A program made the translations under genes and the position numbers. This document shows positions 29,587-40,014 of a DNA stretch of 64,000 nt, one piece after another; positions within the stretch are counted from its first letter, which is position 1, and the number at the start of each line of letters is the position of its first letter. Origin of the DNA: Bacteroidia bacterium (GTDB lineage: Bacteria > Bacteroidota > Bacteroidia > NS11-12g > UBA9320); contig CBDCFW010000006.1 of NCBI GenBank assembly GCA_965216465.1, positions 544,001-608,000 of the forward strand, in the 5' to 3' direction. The notes under the pieces were generated by a model. The model ran no database searches, was not told the origin of the DNA, and was given only the letters and a program-made list of their open reading frames with translations.

Positions 29587-30321
29587 TTACCTGCTAGATA
29601 GGGCATATAGTAGCACTCCAGCTGCCACCGAAACGTTCAGCGAATCGATGTTTGAGCTCATTGGTATCCTCACAGTTTGATCCATAAGAGCCAATCTCTC
29701 TCTCGATAAGCCTTTATCTTCATTGCCCATCCACAGTACCCAAGAGTCCTGGTCGGCAAATGAAGCTTTATTCAAATCGAGCTCTGATTTTTCGGTTGCT
29801 GCTATTTGAGTAAGTCCCCAACTCTTCAAATAATTGAGGGTATTAGCTAAGCTACTAACACGTGCAACGGGCAGTTTTAGCAGAGCTCCTGCTGATGACT
29901 TTACAGCACCCTCTCCTATTTCCGCATTGGCTTTCACACCAACTATAAGCAAGTCGACATCGAATGCTAAACAGCTCCTAGAAATCGCACCAATATTGCG
30001 AACATCTTGAATTCCATCAGCAACCACAATTTTAGGAGGTTTGCCTTCTTCATAAAAACGAGTTATGGTCTCTTCAAGAGGAACAAACTCAATGGGAGAC
30101 TTTATTGCAATTACTCCTTGATGATTAGCTCGCGTGATACGGTTGAGCTTTTCAACCGGAACCATTTGAAATGGAGTTTCCTTCTTTTTAGCTAGCTGTC
30201 TAAGTATTCCAACTTTCTGCTTGTCTGCAGACTTGTTGATATAAACTTTGGCCACGGTTATATCACTTTCAAGCAGTTCTTCAACTGCATGAAATCCTAT
30301 AACCAATCCTGACTTTCCCAC
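29587..30321 (-). CDS. rlmB: 23S rRNA (guanosine-2'-O)-methyltransferase RlmB (SpoU family)
   Basis: 'NHQGVIA', 'D.RNIGAI.R', 'MGNE..GL', 'SLNVSVA'. Confidence 0.88.
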   Translation of the reverse strand: MGKSGLVIGFHAVEELLESDITVAKVYINKSADKQKVGILRQLAKKKETPFQMVPVEKLNRITRANHQGVIAIKSPIEFVPLEETITRFYEEGKPPKIVVADGIQDVRNIGAISRSCLAFDVDLLIVGVKANAEIGEGAVKSSAGALLKLPVARVSSLANTLNYLKSWGLTQIAATEKSELDLNKASFADQDSWVLWMGNEDKGLSRERLALMDQTVRIPMSSNIDSLNVSVAAGVLLYALSSR

Positions 30322-30327
30322 TTAGAT

Positions 30328-33300
30328 TTAAATTCCGGTACTCAGTTGATTGAAGAGTGCTTCGTACTCTTTCGCAATATCTTCACGTTTGTACTGTCTT
30401 GCGAGCGGTGCAACGTTTCTAAGAATCTCTAAGTTTTCTCTCAGTTCCGCATCAACAACAGAACCAGGAATACCACTTCTCTTGAAACGCTTGAAGTAAC
30501 GAATCAAATCCGCTGCTTCATCCGCAACTTCAGTAATCATCTGATCACCTTTTTCAGTTTGTTCCGCTTTATAGTAAACATCCGCACTTGCTGCTTTTAG
30601 TCTCAAGTTCATTGGAAGAATTGATTCAGGCATCGCTCTGAAACATTCGTCAACTAAAGCAACTGCTGTATCAGACTCTCCATTTCTTGAGTAGAAGTCA
30701 GCAATCTGAACAAACAATGATCTTAGATTTTGAGGAACCAATTTGGCTTTGTCATCTAAGAACAACTCCCCTTTCTCCATTCCTCCCCACTCATAATCTT
30801 CCATTAAACGCTTGTAAAGCAATTCCATATCATCCATTCCACGGAATCTTCTGTTTGCTTCTATTGGAAGTAATTGGTAGGTTAATCCGTTATTTCTTAA
30901 GTACTTGTCAAGATTTAGGTACACTGACGAACCGGTTGTGGTAGTCCAATAAATAGGTCTTTTCCAACCTTGCTTAGCATTGGTAGCAATAATATCTAAA
31001 ACAACAATGTCTCCTTTGCTTAGTCCATTCTTTCCGATGTTCCATTCTAATCTATCAACAATTTTACCGGTATCTTTTGCAGGAACAAATCCAGAGGCAA
31101 TTACCGCTTCTTTGTCTACATTTACTCTGAAGTTTTTAACTGGGAAGTAGTTGCTAGGGCCATTTCTTCCAGCTACCATTTTAGACGGCTCATCTGAAGT
31201 CATGTAATCTAAAACTTCATCTAAATTATAGTGTCTCGACAAATCGAACTTCTTGGTATCGTAATACCTGATGTAGTCACGCTTACCTGCAACCAGCTTT
31301 TCAGCAGGAATGCTCATTGGAAGTGGTTCTGATTCGAACACCTGCTTACGCAACGCACTTGAATACCACTCGGTAGGCAATAGACTTAAGTTAATAATTC
31401 TAACATCTGACCTATAGCCTTCTACGTTTTGAGCATACCACAACGGATAAGTATCATTATCACCATTGGTAAAGAGAATGGCATTTTCTTCACAGCTATT
31501 TAAATAGTTCTTGGCAAATGAAATTGCCAATTGTCTATCTGAACGATCGTGATCGTCCCAGTTTTGAGAACCCATCAACACAGGTGCTGCAAGTAGGGCC
31601 AAGATGGTGGCACCAACTGCTGCGGTTGATTTGTTAATATACCTTTTCACCATGTCAACGATGGCAAGTACACTCAATCCAATCCAAATACAGAATGTCT
31701 GGAAAGATCCCGCAAACGTGTAATCACGTTCTCTTGGTTCCATAGGAGGCTGATTTAAATAAACAATAACCAACAGACCAGTAAAGATGAACATTACCAA
31801 TACGCTGTAGAAATCCATTTTTCCTTTTTTATACTGGATAAATATTCCTAAGAGGCCTAAAATAAATGGCAAGAAATAATATGTGTTTCTAGCTTTATTG
31901 TGCATCAATGATGCAGGTATATTATCTTGAGGTCCAAGTCGGGATTGATCTATAAATGAAATTCCACTTAACCAGTTGCCCTCAAGTGGGTTTCCGTTAA
32001 CATTTTGCAGGTCATTTTGTCTTCCCACAAAATTCCACATGAAGTAACGCATATACATCCACCCTATTTGGTAATTCCAGAAGAACTTCATGTTGTTTTT
32101 GAACGACGGTTTGGTCATCCGAGCTTGTGCCAATTGTCGTTGTAACTCTTGGTCACCAGGGTTAGCTTTGGTTTGTTGTTCCAACACATTAATTCTTCGG
32201 TACATGTCTTCCATTCCACTCCAAATTGGATAGAATTGGGCTTTCTCTGTCATATCTCCCATACGCGGGAATACGGTTGAGTATTTTTCATCCCATTTGT
32301 AAGACAATTTATTTCCTATTTCTTCATATCCATCTTCGCCTCTTCTATATTGCATTCTACCCTCATCTATGGTAAGACCTTGACCCGTAAAATTGTAGTA
32401 ATCTTGAACGGTCCAATATGGACCATAGAACAATGGTCTTTCTCCATATTGCTCACGATTGATATAGCTCATTAAGCTTTGAGCATCTTGAGGATCGTTC
32501 ATGTTAATTGCAGGTTCTGCAGATGAACGAATTACTACCATAGAATAAGAAGAGAAACCTAGCATAATAAATGCAAAGCATAATAATGTAAGGTTTAAGA
32601 TTGGCTTATGCATCTTCTTAGTGTAATACAATCCGAAGGCAATTAAACCTCCTAAGAGTACCATAAAGAACAATACTCCGGAGTTGTAAGGTAGGCCAAG
32701 ACCATTTACAAATATCTTGTCGAAAAATGCAGCTACTGCTGGTGTCTTTGGTATAACAATAAACTGCAATAATCCAATAGATCCAAGTCCAATGGCAGCA
32801 GCTTTGATAACATTCATTCGGTTAACCTCATACTTGTTTAAGAAGTAGTATAAGAAGACTGCTGGAACCACAAGTAAGTTCAATAAGTGAAGTCCAATAC
32901 CTAATCCGACAACGTATGCCACAAAAACAATCCAACGATCTGAAGTTGGTTCATCTTTAACACACTCCCATTTCAAAATAGCCCAAAATGCAAGTGCCAT
33001 GAAACAAGATGAAGCGGCATAAACCTCTGCCTCAACAGCACTAAACCAGAATGTATCCATGAAAGTTACAGATAATGCTGCAACTAAACCAGAACCGATA
33101 ATCGCAATTGAATTTCCAAAATCAACACTAGTAGCATTTAAGTCAATGTTTAAAATCTTCTTAGCGAAGTGAGTGGTAATCCAAAACGTAAACATCACCG
33201 TAGCAGCACTTGCCACTACAGAAACCATATTCACTGCAATTGCAACTTCGTTCGTTCCTGCTTCAGCAAAAATCGCAAAAAATCGCCCGATCATCAAGAA

Positions 33301-33468
33301 AAGTGGAGCCCCGGGAGGGTGTACAATTTGAAGCTTATCGGATGCCGAGATAAACTCTCCACAATCCCATAAACTAACAGACTCTTCAATAGTAAAGATA
33401 TATACAACTAATGCGATCAGAAATGAAATCCAACCGAAGATGATATTAGTTCTCTTGAAATTATTCAT
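30328..33468 (-). CDS. DUF2723 multi-pass membrane protein (TMEM260-like, GT-C-type)
   Basis: 'WDCGEFI', 'HPPGAP', 'WFSAVEAEVYA', 'RERDY', 'GDNDTYPLWY'. Confidence 0.9.
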   Translation of the reverse strand: MNNFKRTNIIFGWISFLIALVVYIFTIEESVSLWDCGEFISASDKLQIVHPPGAPLFLMIGRFFAIFAEAGTNEVAIAVNMVSVVASAATVMFTFWITTHFAKKILNIDLNATSVDFGNSIAIIGSGLVAALSVTFMDTFWFSAVEAEVYAASSCFMALAFWAILKWECVKDEPTSDRWIVFVAYVVGLGIGLHLLNLLVVPAVFLYYFLNKYEVNRMNVIKAAAIGLGSIGLLQFIVIPKTPAVAAFFDKIFVNGLGLPYNSGVLFFMVLLGGLIAFGLYYTKKMHKPILNLTLLCFAFIMLGFSSYSMVVIRSSAEPAINMNDPQDAQSLMSYINREQYGERPLFYGPYWTVQDYYNFTGQGLTIDEGRMQYRRGEDGYEEIGNKLSYKWDEKYSTVFPRMGDMTEKAQFYPIWSGMEDMYRRINVLEQQTKANPGDQELQRQLAQARMTKPSFKNNMKFFWNYQIGWMYMRYFMWNFVGRQNDLQNVNGNPLEGNWLSGISFIDQSRLGPQDNIPASLMHNKARNTYYFLPFILGLLGIFIQYKKGKMDFYSVLVMFIFTGLLVIVYLNQPPMEPRERDYTFAGSFQTFCIWIGLSVLAIVDMVKRYINKSTAAVGATILALLAAPVLMGSQNWDDHDRSDRQLAISFAKNYLNSCEENAILFTNGDNDTYPLWYAQNVEGYRSDVRIINLSLLPTEWYSSALRKQVFESEPLPMSIPAEKLVAGKRDYIRYYDTKKFDLSRHYNLDEVLDYMTSDEPSKMVAGRNGPSNYFPVKNFRVNVDKEAVIASGFVPAKDTGKIVDRLEWNIGKNGLSKGDIVVLDIIATNAKQGWKRPIYWTTTTGSSVYLNLDKYLRNNGLTYQLLPIEANRRFRGMDDMELLYKRLMEDYEWGGMEKGELFLDDKAKLVPQNLRSLFVQIADFYSRNGESDTAVALVDECFRAMPESILPMNLRLKAASADVYYKAEQTEKGDQMITEVADEAADLIRYFKRFKRSGIPGSVVDAELRENLEILRNVAPLARQYKREDIAKEYEALFNQLSTGI

Positions 33469-33645
33469 TCGTAAGTTAAAATTTAGGTGGCGAAAATAAA
33501 TATTTAGTTCATAATCTCCCTATTCTAGGGATATGAATGTAGACGAATTCAACAGAGAAAAAGTTCGTTGATTCGACGACGATAAATTAAATTCGACCAG
33601 CAAATGGTTTAGAAATTCTTTATTTGCACTGAATATTTACTGTAA

Positions 33646-34542
33646 TTGACTACTTCATTTAACATTAAAGCTTGTCCTGTTTGTGATAACACATCGTTTA
33701 ACAAACACCTCGATGTTCCTGATTGGCTTGTTTCTAAAAAAAGCTTCAAACTCAATGCCTGTGGGGCTTGCGGCTTTGTTTTTACCGCAGATGCTCCTAG
33801 TCCTGAAGAAATAGGACCATATTACAACAGTGAAGAATATGTAGAGCATAGTGACACTAAAAAAGGCTTGATTTATGGCATCTACCATTATGCTAGAAAG
33901 TTAATGTTGAACTACAAGCTTCGAATAATACGTAAGCTTGGAACAGGAAATAAAATTCTTGATGTGGGCTCAGGATCCGGATACTTCTTAAACCACATGA
34001 AGAAAAACGGCTATGATGTAACAGGAGTGGAGATCAGCGACAAAGCAATTCAGCTTTGTTCAGCTAATTTTGGAATTCAGGCCTTTAAACCAGAATATAT
34101 GCTCGAAGGCAAGCTTGATAATGACTATGACCTAATCACACTATGGCATGTATTTGAGCACGTATACAGCTACAACGAATATTTCGATATTTTCAATAAT
34201 TCACTTAGTAAAAATGGTAAATTGGTAATTGCTATGCCTAACCATGACAGCTTTGATAGCCAATTTTACAGAACCCATTGGGCGGCATATGATACCCCAC
34301 GACATATTTGGCATTTCACACCTAAAACCTTTGAGCAATTTGCGTCAAAGAGAGGCTTTAAAATGATTCAGAAATATCGACTGCCACTTGATCCATTCTT
34401 CAATTCAATGGTAAGTGCTTCTTACAAAGAGAAGTTCACTTTTCTTCCATTTACAGTATTGGTAGGATTTTGGTCTTATCTCAAATCGCTTGTTAATAAA
34501 AACAAGTCGAGCTCATTAATTTACATCCTCGAGAAAAAGTAA
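33646..34542 (+). CDS. Class I SAM-dependent methyltransferase with N-terminal Zn-ribbon
   Basis: CPVC...CGAC; 'LDVGSGSG'; 'ITLWHVFEH'; 'W..YD.PRH'. Confidence 0.85.
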   Translation: MTTSFNIKACPVCDNTSFNKHLDVPDWLVSKKSFKLNACGACGFVFTADAPSPEEIGPYYNSEEYVEHSDTKKGLIYGIYHYARKLMLNYKLRIIRKLGTGNKILDVGSGSGYFLNHMKKNGYDVTGVEISDKAIQLCSANFGIQAFKPEYMLEGKLDNDYDLITLWHVFEHVYSYNEYFDIFNNSLSKNGKLVIAMPNHDSFDSQFYRTHWAAYDTPRHIWHFTPKTFEQFASKRGFKMIQKYRLPLDPFFNSMVSASYKEKFTFLPFTVLVGFWSYLKSLVNKNKSSSLIYILEKK

Positions 34543-35328
34543 TTACAGTTTCACAAAAACTGTTGAAGACTGAGTGTGATGATCGTCTATTACAACGTGA
34601 TACATTCCCGAAGGTAATTCTGCAATATTCACAACCGGACTGAAGGCTTGGTTGAGTACGATTTTACCAAATGGGTCGATGAACTTAATATGGGCTCGTT
34701 CTGAGAACTTTCCAGCGATAAACAGTTGATTTTCAGACGGATTTGGAAACACCTTAACCGATACTCTTTCAAACTTAGGTGTGCTTGCTGTAAGATTTTC
34801 TACAATATCGAGTGTATCTACAAGAACAATATCTCCACCCGTTGTTTGGTTGTTGTTGGCAGCCAAAACAGCAATGTAGAGTTTCAGGGTGCCTGTACCT
34901 GCGGCTGGGGCTGTCCAATCGGTTTCCCAAGTTATTCCATCGCTTCCGAAACTGCTCGCAAATTTGTGAGTAGCTCTTACCCCATGGGCAGTAACGGCAG
35001 TATCTCCAACAAAGTTTCCTACTCCGGTACCACTCGAATCTTCTGCCATCATTTCAAAGCCAAAAACATCACGAGCACCTTGGGAGGCATTAATAGTTAT
35101 ACGATACGTTGAATCAGGGCTATAGCCTTTAGTAGGCACATTAATTGACAGCATTTCTTTTGATGTAGGGGGATTACCATTGTTATGACAACCTCCATTC
35201 GTTCCACATGTGCTGGCATCTGTTGAAGACCCCGACCTTCCTAATGGTGAGCCTCCTCGGTTACTCATTAAAACAACTGATAAAATCATTAAGCCAAGAG
35301 TGGATAGTAGTTTAAATTTCTTTTGCAT
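34543..35328 (-). CDS. Reeler / choice-of-anchor V-like protein with T9SS CTD
   Basis: Signal peptide; 'FGFE', 'W...WTAP..G', 'AN.N....GD'; C-terminal 'VFPNPS...GMY...FVK'. Confidence 0.78.
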   Translation of the reverse strand: MQKKFKLLSTLGLMILSVVLMSNRGGSPLGRSGSSTDASTCGTNGGCHNNGNPPTSKEMLSINVPTKGYSPDSTYRITINASQGARDVFGFEMMAEDSSGTGVGNFVGDTAVTAHGVRATHKFASSFGSDGITWETDWTAPAAGTGTLKLYIAVLAANNNQTTGGDIVLVDTLDIVENLTASTPKFERVSVKVFPNPSENQLFIAGKFSERAHIKFIDPFGKIVLNQAFSPVVNIAELPSGMYHVVIDDHHTQSSTVFVKL

Positions 35329-35381
35329 GGTAGTGTAAGAGTTTCAAATTTAAGGTCTCTTTCCATATTCCTGAAGTTTCT

Positions 35382-35460
35382 TTTGCGAGATATCAACAAT
35401 TAGCTTAGATTTGCACTGAAATATAGAAGTGAGAAAGGGGTTAAAAGCCCCTTTTTTCTT
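35382..35460 (+). promoter_or_regulatory. Promoter (-33/-7) and leader hairpin of the rimP-nusA-infB operon
   Basis: TTTG at 35382-35385, 20-nt spacer, TAGATTTG at 35406-35413; then AAAGGGG-ttaaaag-CCCCTTT followed by Ts. Confidence 0.65.
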
Positions 35461-35470
35461 ACCTAAAAAT

Positions 35471-35935
35471 TTGGATTTAAAAGCGTTCATAACAGAAATT
35501 ATCGAATCGGAACTAACCGGCTCTGATCACTTTTTGGTAAGTGTTGTAAGCAACGAGGCTGAAACCAGCTTTAAATTTTTCATTGATGGAAAAAATGGAG
35601 TCGACATTCAGCTTTGTGGCCGACTAAGCAGAAAGGTGTCGAGGTTGTTAGACGAAGAGGAGTACGACGATACTCCAATTCGATTTGAGATTTCTTCACC
35701 AGGTGCTGATCGACCTCTGATTGACAATCGTCAGTATAATCAGCATATAGGTCGCGACTTGGCCGTTGTGATGAACGATGAAAGTGAATTGGAAGGTGAA
35801 CTTCTAGAAGTAAATGAAGAAGGTATAGTATTAGAGACTATGGCTTCAAAACATAAAAAAGAAACAAATAATATTTTGTTTAACGACATTAATAATAGTA
35901 CCGTAAAAATATCCTTTAAACGTAAAAAGAAATGA
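35471..35935 (+). CDS. rimP: Ribosome maturation factor RimP
   Basis: 'D...GV.I..C..LSR', 'EISSPG..RPL'; upstream of nusA. Start likely TTG 35471 (track uses GTG 35429). Confidence 0.88.
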   Translation: MDLKAFITEIIESELTGSDHFLVSVVSNEAETSFKFFIDGKNGVDIQLCGRLSRKVSRLLDEEEYDDTPIRFEISSPGADRPLIDNRQYNQHIGRDLAVVMNDESELEGELLEVNEEGIVLETMASKHKKETNNILFNDINNSTVKISFKRKKK

Positions 35936-37167
35936 GCTTACAACTAGTAGAATCTTTCTCGGAATTCAAAGAATTTAAGAACATCGATAGAGCAACTATG
36001 ATGCGTGTTCTTGAAGACGTATTCAGAACCATGATTAGAAGAAAATATGGGTCTGATGACAACTTTGATGTAATTGTTAACACTGATAACGGAGACCTTG
36101 AGATTTATCGCAACAGAGAAATCGTTGACGAAGGTGAAGTTGAAGATCCAAACAAAGAAATTTCATTATCTGAAGCAAGAAAATTGGAAGACGATTATGA
36201 AATTGGTGAAGAGGCTATTGAAGAAATCAATATGGCTGACTTCGGAAGAAGAACGATTCTTACAGCTCGTCAAACCTTATTATCTAAGGTTCTTGAGCTT
36301 GAAAAAGACGAATTCTACAAAAAATACAAAGACCGTGTTGGAGAAATTGTTGTTGGAGAGGTTTATCAGATTTGGAAAAACGAGATCATGATTCTTGACG
36401 ACGAAGGAAATGAATTGATTCTTCCAAAACGAGAAATGATCCCGCGTGACTTTTTCAAAAAAGGTGATGCAGTTCGAGCGGTTGTTTTAAGAGTTGAAAT
36501 GTACAACTCAAACCCTAAGATTATTCTTTCAAGAACCGCTCCAGAATTCTTAGAGCGCTTGTTCGAATTGGAAGTTCCAGAAATCTTAGACGGATTAATT
36601 ACGGTTAAGAAAATTGTTCGTGAACCCGGAGAAAGAGCTAAGGTTGCGGTAGAAAGCTACGACGATCGAATTGATCCTGTCGGAGCTTGTGTGGGAATGA
36701 AAGGAAGTCGTATTCACGGTATTGTTCGTGAATTGAAAAATGAGAATATTGATGTGATTAACTTCACTGCCAATACACAATTATTGATTCAAAGAAGTTT
36801 GAGTCCTGCTAAAATCTCTTCTATCACATTGGATGATGAGAATGGAAAAGCGGATGTATTCCTTCCGGCGGATCAAGTATCACTTGCTATTGGTAAAGGA
36901 GGGCACAATATTAAACTTGCTGGTAAATTGGTTGGATACAGCATTGATGTTTATCGTGAGTCAAATGAGGACGAAGAAATGGATGTTGATTTGGACGAGT
37001 TTGCAGATGAAATTGATGAGTGGATCTTGGACGAATTGAAAGGTATCGGTCTAGATACAGCAAAAAGTGTATTAGACATGACTGACGATGATTTAGTTTC
37101 AAGAACCGAATTAGAGCAAGAAACTATAGAAGAAATTAAAAAAATATTAGAAGCGGAGTTTGAATAG
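35932..37167 (+). CDS. nusA: Transcription termination factor NusA
   Basis: S1 and KH domains; 'R.PGERAKVAV', 'DPVGACVG..GSR', 'AIGKGG.N'. Confidence 0.97.
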   Translation: MSLQLVESFSEFKEFKNIDRATMMRVLEDVFRTMIRRKYGSDDNFDVIVNTDNGDLEIYRNREIVDEGEVEDPNKEISLSEARKLEDDYEIGEEAIEEINMADFGRRTILTARQTLLSKVLELEKDEFYKKYKDRVGEIVVGEVYQIWKNEIMILDDEGNELILPKREMIPRDFFKKGDAVRAVVLRVEMYNSNPKIILSRTAPEFLERLFELEVPEILDGLITVKKIVREPGERAKVAVESYDDRIDPVGACVGMKGSRIHGIVRELKNENIDVINFTANTQLLIQRSLSPAKISSITLDDENGKADVFLPADQVSLAIGKGGHNIKLAGKLVGYSIDVYRESNEDEEMDVDLDEFADEIDEWILDELKGIGLDTAKSVLDMTDDDLVSRTELEQETIEEIKKILEAEFE

Positions 37168-37216
37168 TAAATACAATATGGATTAATGTATTATTTTCGA
37201 ACGCTGTGTAGCATAG

Positions 37217-39952
37217 ATGGCTGACAAGGGAAAGACATATAGAATTAATAAGGTAGCAACTGAGTTTAATGTTAGTTGGAAAACAATCGTTGAACATTTG
37301 CAAGAAAAGGGCTTTGAAGTAGAGTCTAAAATCACTGCAAAGATCAATGATGAGATGTACCAAGACTTAGTAGGTTTTTATCAAAAAGATAAGCAAGCTA
37401 AGGAAGAAGCGGAGCAGCTCGAAATTAACATTAGAAAAGATGCTCGTACTCAAGAAATTAAAGAGGTTAAGAAATCAACTCCTGTAACTGAAGAATTTCC
37501 TAAGGTTGAAACTATTTTAGTTAAAGACACCACACTTTCTACCAAAAAGGAAGATGAGGAAGAGAAACCAGAAGAAGTTGTAGCTGAGAAACCAGAAGTT
37601 GTTGAAGAGGAGAAGCCTGAAGAACCCAAAGAGGAAGAAAAACCGGAAACTGAAGAGGGGAAACTCAGTGGACCAAAAGTTCTTGGTACTATCGATATTA
37701 AACCTTCGAAGCCAGCTAAAAAAGAAGAAAAACCAGTTGAAGAAAAGCCTGAAGTAAAGGAAGAAAAACCGGTTGAAGCCAAAAAAGAAGATAGCCCAGA
37801 ACCAAGTGAAGAGGATAAGTTCAAACAAACTGAATACACCAAGCTTCAAGGTACTAAGGTTCTAGGAAATATAAAAATCACTAAGCCTGTTAAGAAGGAA
37901 CGTCCAAAAGACCGAGCTTCTGACGAACCTAAAAAGAAAAGAAAGCGTATTCGAGGCGAAAAGGTAACTGCCGAAAAGCTACGAAATGAGCGCATGAAGG
38001 ATCGTAAAAAAGGCGAAGAAAAGTCTGAAGTTTCTGAGAAAGAAATTCAAGACAAAATCAAAAAGACGCTTGCAAAAATGTCTTCATCAAACAAAGCACC
38101 ATCGCATGGTGGTAAAGTTAGAAAGAAGGCTAGAAAGTTCAGAAGACAAGAGCACAAGAAGAAGTGGGAAGAACAACAACTGCAAGAGCAAATTGAAAGC
38201 AAAATCTTAGATGTAACCGAGTTTGTTACGGCAAACGAGCTTGCAAATATGATGGACGTTAGTGTTAATGAAATTATCAGTGCTTGTTTTACACTTGGAA
38301 TGATGGTTTCGATCAACCAACGTCTGGATGCTGAAACTATTCAAATTGTAGCTGAAGAATTTGGATATGAAATCAACTTCGTAGATGCCGGTGAAACCAT
38401 CGAAATTGAGGAAGAAGAAGACGATCCAGAAAACCTATTGCCTCGTCACCCAATTGTTACCGTAATGGGACACGTTGACCACGGTAAAACTTCATTGCTA
38501 GATTATATCAGAAATGCGAATGTAATTGCTGGTGAGGCCGGTGGTATTACCCAGCACGTTGCTGCGTATGAGGTGGAGCTAAAAGATGGAAATCACATGA
38601 CTTTCATTGATACTCCAGGTCACGAAGCCTTTACAGCAATGAGAGCAAGGGGTGCACAGGTTACTGATATCGCGATTATTGTGATTGCTGCTGACGACGC
38701 CGTGATGCCTCAAACAAAAGAAGCAATTAGTCACGCTCAAGCGGCAGAAGTACCTATTGTATTTGCATTCAACAAAATTGATAAGGAAGGAGCTAACCCA
38801 GATAAAGTAAAAGAACAACTTTCAACCATGAATATTTTGGTTGAAGATTGGGGAGGTAAATATCAAAGCCAAGCAATCTCGGCAAAAACTGGATTGAACA
38901 TTGAAGAATTGCTTGAAAAAGTTCTTCTTGAGGCTGAATTACTAGAATTAAAAGCGAACCCAAATAGAAATGCCAAAGGAGCTGTTCTCGAATCTAAGCT
39001 TGAAAAAGGACGAGGTGTTGTAACCTCTATGCTTGTTCAAGAAGGTACACTTCGAATTGGTGACGCCATAGTTGCAGGTCAACATTTTGCAAGAGTAAAA
39101 GCGATGTTCAACGAGCGTGGTGTTGCGGTTCAAGAAGCAGGACCAGCATCTCCAGTATCTATACTTGGATTCTCAGGAACTCCAGCTGCAGGTGAAACCT
39201 TCCAGGTAATGACCGATGAGGCAACTGCTAAAGATATTGCCAATAAACGTGAGCAACTTCAAAGGGAGCAAGGTATTAGAGCGACTAAGCACCTAACGTT
39301 GAAAGAAATCGGAAGACGTTTAGCTGTAGGAAACTTTAAAGAGCTTAACCTGATTATTAAGGCTGATGTGGATGGCTCTGCTGAAGCGCTTTCAGATTCA
39401 TTGATTAAACTTTCTACCGAAGAAATTCAAATCAATGTAATTCATAAATCTGTTGGTCCAATTACAGATAATGACATCCTACTGGCAACAGCATCAGATG
39501 CCATTGTAATTGGTTTCCAAGTTAGACCGATGCCAAGTGCTAAGAAATTGGCAGAATCTGAAGAAATCGAAATTCGCTTGTACAGTGTAATCTATCAAGC
39601 CATTGAAGAAATTAAATCGGCAATGGAAGGACTTCTTGATCCTGATCTTGAAGAACAAATCACGGGTACTGCTGAAATTAGAGAAACATTTAAAATCACT
39701 AAAGTGGGTACAATCGCTGGTTGTATGCAGATTGAAGGTAAGATGTACCGCGATAACAAGGTACGCTTAATTCGTGAAGGTGTAGTTGTATATACTGGAG
39801 AACTTGAGTCTCTTAAACGTTTCAAAGACGACGTTAAAGAAGTGAACAAAGGTTACGAATGTGGTATGCAGATTAAAAACTACAACGATATTCAAATTGG
39901 TGATTTGATTGAAGGATTTAGAGAAGTTGAGGTTAAACGAAAACTGAAATAA
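37217..39952 (+). CDS. infB: Translation initiation factor IF-2
   Basis: '[11 protein letters not shown]', 'DTPGHEAF', 'NKID'; E/K/P-rich N-terminal linker. Confidence 0.97.
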   Translation: MADKGKTYRINKVATEFNVSWKTIVEHLQEKGFEVESKITAKINDEMYQDLVGFYQKDKQAKEEAEQLEINIRKDARTQEIKEVKKSTPVTEEFPKVETILVKDTTLSTKKEDEEEKPEEVVAEKPEVVEEEKPEEPKEEEKPETEEGKLSGPKVLGTIDIKPSKPAKKEEKPVEEKPEVKEEKPVEAKKEDSPEPSEEDKFKQTEYTKLQGTKVLGNIKITKPVKKERPKDRASDEPKKKRKRIRGEKVTAEKLRNERMKDRKKGEEKSEVSEKEIQDKIKKTLAKMSSSNKAPSHGGKVRKKARKFRRQEHKKKWEEQQLQEQIESKILDVTEFVTANELANMMDVSVNEIISACFTLGMMVSINQRLDAETIQIVAEEFGYEINFVDAGETIEIEEEEDDPENLLPRHPIVTVMGHVDHGKTSLLDYIRNANVIAGEAGGITQHVAAYEVELKDGNHMTFIDTPGHEAFTAMRARGAQVTDIAIIVIAADDAVMPQTKEAISHAQAAEVPIVFAFNKIDKEGANPDKVKEQLSTMNILVEDWGGKYQSQAISAKTGLNIEELLEKVLLEAELLELKANPNRNAKGAVLESKLEKGRGVVTSMLVQEGTLRIGDAIVAGQHFARVKAMFNERGVAVQEAGPASPVSILGFSGTPAAGETFQVMTDEATAKDIANKREQLQREQGIRATKHLTLKEIGRRLAVGNFKELNLIIKADVDGSAEALSDSLIKLSTEEIQINVIHKSVGPITDNDILLATASDAIVIGFQVRPMPSAKKLAESEEIEIRLYSVIYQAIEEIKSAMEGLLDPDLEEQITGTAEIRETFKITKVGTIAGCMQIEGKMYRDNKVRLIREGVVVYTGELESLKRFKDDVKEVNKGYECGMQIKNYNDIQIGDLIEGFREVEVKRKLK

Positions 39953-40014
39953 GTTTGACCGACAACCTTAACTAATTTTCCTCTTCCCCATTTTTTTCCT
40001 GTAAATTGCACGAT

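Noticed and set aside
33516-33533. Small hairpin CCCTA-ttc-TAGGG in the divergent intergenic region
   Set aside because: A 5-bp stem is too short to support an ncRNA or terminator call
37500-37820. Repetitive GAAGAAAAACC-like sequence
   Set aside because: It encodes the E/K/P-rich linker of IF-2; there is no fixed repeat-spacer structure, so it is not a CRISPR array
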